From: Octopus sinensis | Lineage: Eukaryota | Direction of reading: 5' to 3' | Assembly (NCBI RefSeq): GCF_006345805.1 | Contig: NC_043001.1 | Location: 65,782,001 to 65,846,000 of the forward strand | DNA: 64,000 bases | Part shown: positions 59,091 to 64,000 of the stretch, one piece after another | Numbering within the stretch: the stretch's first letter is position 1 | Layout: every line of letters starts with the position of its first letter | Translations under genes and position numbers: made by a program | The notes under the pieces: model-generated | What the model was told of the DNA's origin: nothing | Database searches by the model: none | The model's input: the letters and a program-made list of their open reading frames with translations, nothing else

Positions 59091-60148
59091 CGACTGCCAG
59101 TCATGTCAACTAGCCGCTCAAACAAACAGCCTGTATTAGTAGACACAGCAAGCCCGATCCTTTATTTAACGCCGCAGCATCAGCAGTGGCTAAACCAGCT
59201 GTCGTAAATCTGCTATCATCTGTTGTCTAAAGACATCAAGGGAGCAATATTAGCACCCCTAGGCCTTATAGTAATACTATAATTATAATAATAATTATGA
59301 AACTGTAGTAGTGAACAAGTAAATAATAAGATATGGATTATTGTTGTAATAGTGAAATTATAATAGTGAACAACTAAATAATTAGCCAGAATGATTAACA
59401 AGTGACGTTGTGAAACCGTCGAGTCGTCGGCGACTAAACCGGTAACCCCACTAAGCTTCTTTGTGAGGAGGATGGATTTTTGACACCCTGCAGGATTAAA
59501 AACAAAACCGGATAAAGGCCAGATTAACTTAAAAGAGTCAATGGCCATTCCGAAAACGGGCAGATAGAACTCATTAGCCTTGGCTAGCAGTCTGTCTAGG
59601 AGAAGGAACACTGATTTAAAAAATGGAGTAGAGAGTGCTCGTTATCTCTGTGGTGACAACCTCTCAGTATTCTACGGCTCCATGCCTGGGATAAAGGCGA
59701 ATAAACCGCGAATCAGGAATCAACTCCAACTGACACTCACCTCTCTCCTAGTGAGAAACAGGATCATGGTCCCTAGCACAGAATTGCCACGTTGCGTTGG
59801 CAAATAGACTTTACTGCACGGTAATGTTACTACATATTAAAAACTTACATCTTTTACACAATCACTACGAAAGATTTCAAAATATCTGGGTCCTGCAAAC
59901 ACATCTTCTTCAACCTGGGCGTCCGATAGACGTCTGATATTAAAATATGCAGATGTCTTTTACACACACACACACACCACACACACACACACACACATAC
60001 ATGTATATCTACAGGAGGTTAAATTATATGGCCGGTCATAGAGTCACTAATGGTTTCGCATCCATAAAGCACTTTGCCTCATACACGTCGCGACAGACTC
60101 CAGTGATTGCAGACATTTAACCTCCTGTGAATACATAACTGCTGTTAA

Positions 60149-60240
<92 letters not shown>

Positions 60241-60257
60241 ATATATATATATATATA

Positions 60258-60522
60258 TGTTGTGTTTCGGGATAGTCCATTTTATTATTTTTGGGGGCCA
60301 AATAAACACACGCACTATTATCTTATTTTCTTCGATCGTTTGCTACTGTTCTTATTTATTTTATGTATATATGTGTGTGCGTGTGTGTGTGTACACACAT
60401 ATATATGAATATATGTGTATATTATATGTATATATGTATATATATATATCTATTATATATATATGTATATATATATACATATGTATATATATATATAGTA
60501 TATATATATTATACATATATAC

Positions 60523-60570
<48 letters not shown>

Positions 60571-60623
60571 TACATATATACATATATATATACACATATA
60601 TTCATATATATGTGTGTACACAC

Positions 60624-60664
<41 letters not shown>

Positions 60665-60794
60665 TAATTATATATTATATTATATATATATAGTATATAT
60701 ATATATAACATAATATATATATATATATATATATGTAATATATATCTATATACATATATACATATGTATATATATATATATAATATATATATAC

Positions 60795-60827
<33 letters not shown>

Positions 60828-61007
60828 CATATATACATATATATATATACACATATATTCATATATATGTGTGTACACACACACACGCACACACATATAT
60901 ACATAAAATAAATAAGAGCAGTAGCAAACGAACGAAGAAAATAAGATATATAGTGCGTGTGTTTATTTGGCCAAAAAAAAAATAAATGACTATCCCGAAA
61001 CACAACA
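60258..61007. repeat. Inverted repeat (arms about 60258-60420 and 60850-61007) around a degenerate (TA)/(CA) core
   Basis: TGTTGTGTTTCGGGATAGTC... at the left; ...GACTATCCCGAAACACAACA at the right. Confidence 0.85.
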
Positions 61008-61013
61008 ATATAT

Positions 61014-61074
<61 letters not shown>

Positions 61075-61127
61075 ACAACAGATATATACATATATAGTTG
61101 ACGTGCATTCCGTTAAAAACGTATTAG

Positions 61128-61336
61128 AGTTAATGGTTCGCGGTCCGACGTCTCCAGTGCGAGCAGTGGCGTGCCTCAAGGTTCAGTGCTTGGGCCCTTG
61201 TTGTTCTTAGTCTTCATAAATGACTTGCCCGACGACCTCACGCAACACACCCTTCTATTTGCCGACGATATCAAACTGGTCGCTCCTCGCGGTAATATAG
61301 AGGATCTTCGTCGATGCCTCCACCAAATTTGGAAGT
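61128..61336 (+). mobile_element. 209-bp internal CR1 RT fragment lacking a 3' end
   Basis: Matches 37021-37229 and the reverse complement of 62505-62713. Confidence 0.9.
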
Positions 61337-61442
61337 ATGTATATATGCATATATAATATTATATATATATATATATTGTTAGTTAGTTTGTAGTTAACGT
61401 CTATTTATTCTTTCCTTTATATATAATATATATATATATAAT

Positions 61443-61517
<75 letters not shown>

Positions 61518-61660
61518 TATATTATATATAATATACATATATATAGATAGATAGATACATACATAAAACTTACTTGGAAAAGGATGCGTGGCGTTCGATC
61601 ATGTAATAATATAAATAATATATAAATGTATGCATATATACATACATATTGTATGTATTA

Positions 61661-61698
<38 letters not shown>

Positions 61699-61702
<4 letters not shown>

Positions 61703-64000
61703 AGTTAGTTAGTTAGTTAATTTGGCTCAAAAGCAAATAGCAAGGCCATGTAGGGGGACATGGAGTTAAGTACAGGGTGGTGTTCATGTAAAGAGTTCAG
61801 GCCACTTGAGTCCCCGGGAGGCTTTGAACAAAGCGGTCGTCGGCATCTTCACCATCTCGTCTGGCAGCTTGTTCCACGGATCCGCAACCCGGACGGAGAA
61901 AGCTCCTCTCCTTCGATTGAGATGAAATCGTCGCAGGTAGAGCTTTTCGGAATGACCCCGCAGCCGACGCTCTGGAGCAGGAGTGAAGAACAGCTCTTTC
62001 GAGAGGTTACACTTTCCGCTTATGATGTTGTGGGCGAGAATGAGATCACTACGGCGGCGGCGTTTTTCAAGAGAATAAAGGTCGAGCGTCCTCAGCCTTT
62101 CTTCGTAGGACAAATTTTTGAGACCATGAACCATGCGGGTAGCCAGCTTCTGGACTCTTTCGAGATGCTGTATGTCTTTGAGGAGATAAGGAGAAGAGGC
62201 TTGAATCCCATACTCCAATATGGGTCTCACCAGCGTGACATAGAGTGGTAGGAATATGGCTGCTGTGACCATTCCGAATGACCGTCGAATCAAGAATAGA
62301 ATTCCGCGTGCTTGTTGGCAGCATGGACGCACTGGGCCGAAGGCGAAAAGGAGGAATCCATCAAGATACCTAGGTCCTTTACCTGATCGGTCCTCTCCAG
62401 CAGCAGACGACCCGGCTCGAAATCAAGTTGAGTTGCAGGAGTAGAGCCGACAGGCAGATGAGAGCACTTTGACACGTTCAGACACAGGTCCCAATCGTTA
62501 GACCACTTCCAAATTTGGTGGAGGCATCGACGAAGATCCTCTATATTACCGCGAGGAGCGACCAGTTTGATATCGTCGGCAAATAGAAGGGTGTGTTGCG
62601 TGAGGTCGTCGGGCAAGTCATTTATGAAGACTAAGAACAACAAGGGCCCAAGCACTGAACCTTGAGGCACGCCACTGCTCGCACTGGAGACGTCGGACCG
62701 CGAACCATTAACTTGGACTTGGAAGGAGCGATCTGAGAGGAAGGCACCAACCCATCGTACAATATCCGGATGGAAACTATATGCTTAAAGCTTGACAAGT
62801 AATAGGCGGTGGTTTACCGAGTCAAAAGCTTTGGCAAAGTCCAGTAAAACGATGTCAACAGCATCACTATCATCGAGGATGCGCGCCACCAATTCTTCCA
62901 TTACTAGTAAGTTGGTCAAGCATGATCTCTTCGGCACGAAGCCGTGTTGGGAATCAGAGATAGAGGCTGTGTTTAGGAGGTGGAGCATCATACTTTTCTT
63001 AAGGATGGTTTCGAACATCTTGCTGATTATTGATGTAAGGGAAACCGGTCGGTAGTTAAGCGGGTCTTCGCGGCTCCCTTTCTGGAAAATTGGGCAGATT
63101 ATCGCTGTTCTCCAGTCTGCAGGTATAACACCCGTCGCCAATGACATATTGAATAGTCGTGTTAAGGGCTCGCAGATGACCGGAGCCAACGCTTTGATAA
63201 CCGTGGGTGTATGCCGTCAGGGCCGTGACCCTTGTTGACATCGAGGCCTTGAATAACACGTTTGACTTCGTCCCGCGTGATGACCAATCGAAGCATTGGA
63301 GGTACCGATCTATCAAATGGAGGGGGTTCACGACCATCATCTTGTTTGAAAATAGTTGAAAAAGCCTCGGCAAATAATTGACTCTGTTGATAAGGGTCCT
63401 CAATCGATACGCCTGTTGAGTCTACCAACGTTGCAATCTGGTTGTTCAAGCTGGAATTCCGCTGGACATGGGCAAAGAAGGTTTTTGGATTGCTACTGGC
63501 ATTTGCCGCGATTTTGTATTCATAACTGAAGCGTTCTTTCTTTTCGATTTTCACGGCTCGGTCTCGTTGAGTTTTGTACACCTCAAAAGCTGCAGTCGAA
63601 TCCAGATTTTTGAATTCAGCCCAAGCAATATCTCTGAGTCGACGTTCTCGTTTAACCCTCTTCGTCACCCAGGGCTTGTGTTTCTTCCTCTTGGGAAGCC
63701 CAACGAGAACTGCCTGGTCAGTCAAACAGATTACATATGCTTTGAGGGATGACCATAGTTCGTCAACTGAGGACAACGTCATCAGGGATCGCCAGTCCAC
63801 AAGCGCGGAAGCCTCGGTTAGAATTTCAAGATTAATTGCAGAGAAGACTCTACGTGGCAGCGAAGTAGTCGTGGGCGCAAAAAAAGTTGTGTGCATGACG
63901 AACTTCAGGACCGCATGATCACTCTTGGCAAGAGGGGCGCACACAGATACGTCTGACACTGATCTTGGATAGCGGGTGTATACCAGATCTAGCATAGATG
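61699..64000 (-). mobile_element. CR1-like LINE, same family as 36556; continues past the window end; frameshifted
   Basis: APE end LDLVYT..SDH (ORF 63162..63995), RT pieces, (TAAC)n tail in (TA)n. Confidence 0.92.

Noticed and set aside
59400-59800. RTE-like 5' UTR relic (TCTAGGAGAAGGAACACTGATTT)
   Set aside because: Only a short recalled motif and no adjoining ORF; not enough to annotate.

Overview
Eukaryotic, AT-rich, microsatellite-dense DNA. The SINE families look octopod (inference from recognition, not a database search). There are no prokaryotic features, rRNA, true tRNA genes or CRISPR arrays. Most of the window is transposable elements: (1) two tandem Tx1/L1-clade LINEs (11062-21660, minus) plus the 3' end of a related copy at 1-345; (2) about a dozen R4/Dong-type RLE LINE pieces from several lineages, one near full length (21686-25725); (3) a young CR1-like family; (4) Penelope-like remnants with hammerhead-like motifs and fold-backs in (TA)n; (5) two tRNA-derived SINE families; (6) Helentron/HINE-like elements; (7) a decayed Chapaev3-like DNA transposon. 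Main leads: an apparently (TTA)n-specific Tx1 family that shares one microsatellite landing pad with Dong in opposite polarity, possibly with a partner SINE, and a hidden minus-strand host gene of phase-compatible micro-exons spread over 15-43 kb that the ORF track cannot show. Most short ORFs in the track are microsatellite or antisense artefacts.
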